A stretch of DNA of 27,482 nucleotides, taken from an uncultured Burkholderiaceae bacterium (GTDB taxonomy: Bacteria > Pseudomonadota > Gammaproteobacteria > Burkholderiales > Burkholderiaceae_C). The notes below the pieces were generated by a model. It saw only the letters and a list, made by a program, of their open reading frames with translations, made no database searches and was not told where the DNA came from. Both the position numbers and the translations under genes were made by a program. The stretch spans positions 1 to 27,482 of the forward strand of contig CAZANT010000001.1 of the NCBI GenBank assembly GCA_964486575.1. The letters run 5' to 3'. Below are positions 27,482-27,482 of the stretch, piece by piece; the stretch's first letter is position 1, and each line of letters opens with the position of its first letter.

Positions 27482-27482
27482 G

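Larger units (their letters stand above)
1..27482. repeat. Window-spanning inverted repeat, arms 1..13741 and 13742..27482, no spacer (probable fold-back artifact)
   Basis: ORFs have exact mirrors at 27483-i with identical translations (e.g. 56..1954+ / 25529..27427-; 9904..11133+ / 16350..17579-). The window begins cggcaccggc and ends gccggtgccg. The centre reads CTGAAGCAAGG|CCTTGCTTCAG. Confidence 0.98.

Noticed and set aside
13742-27482. Second copies of all genes as a real duplication or independent paralogs
   Set aside because: No divergence seen, no spacer, and both ends break at the same base. Treated as the same 13.7 kb read twice.

Overview
The whole 27,482-bp window is one zero-spacer palindrome: 1..13741 is the reverse complement of 13742..27482 (position i pairs with 27483-i), folded at ...CTGAAGCAAGG|CCTTGCTTCAG.... 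It therefore holds only about 13.7 kb of unique, GC-rich DNA with chromosomal-type genes, probably from a Burkholderiales/Comamonadaceae-like bacterium (inferred). The fold cuts a TonB-dependent receptor gene, so an assembly or amplification fold-back artifact is more likely than biology. Unique content in order: 5'-truncated alpha-2-macroglobulin (CLEQ thioester motif) and pbpC; a convergent four-gene operon (putative outer-membrane beta-barrel, CslA-like GT2, GT-C/GT87-like membrane protein, Dpm1-like GT2); an FMN alpha-hydroxy-acid dehydrogenase (lldD-like) and dinB; a bidirectional terminator; a DUF4331 protein with a small lipoprotein, divergent from the truncated TonB receptor. The best biological leads are (i) back-to-back ECF-type promoters GCATC(C/T)-N16-CGTA upstream of both DUF4331 and the receptor, (ii) the barrel plus three glycosyltransferase operon, and (iii) two AT-rich palindromic segments inside pbpC. 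Family assignments come from motif recognition only; no database searches were run.
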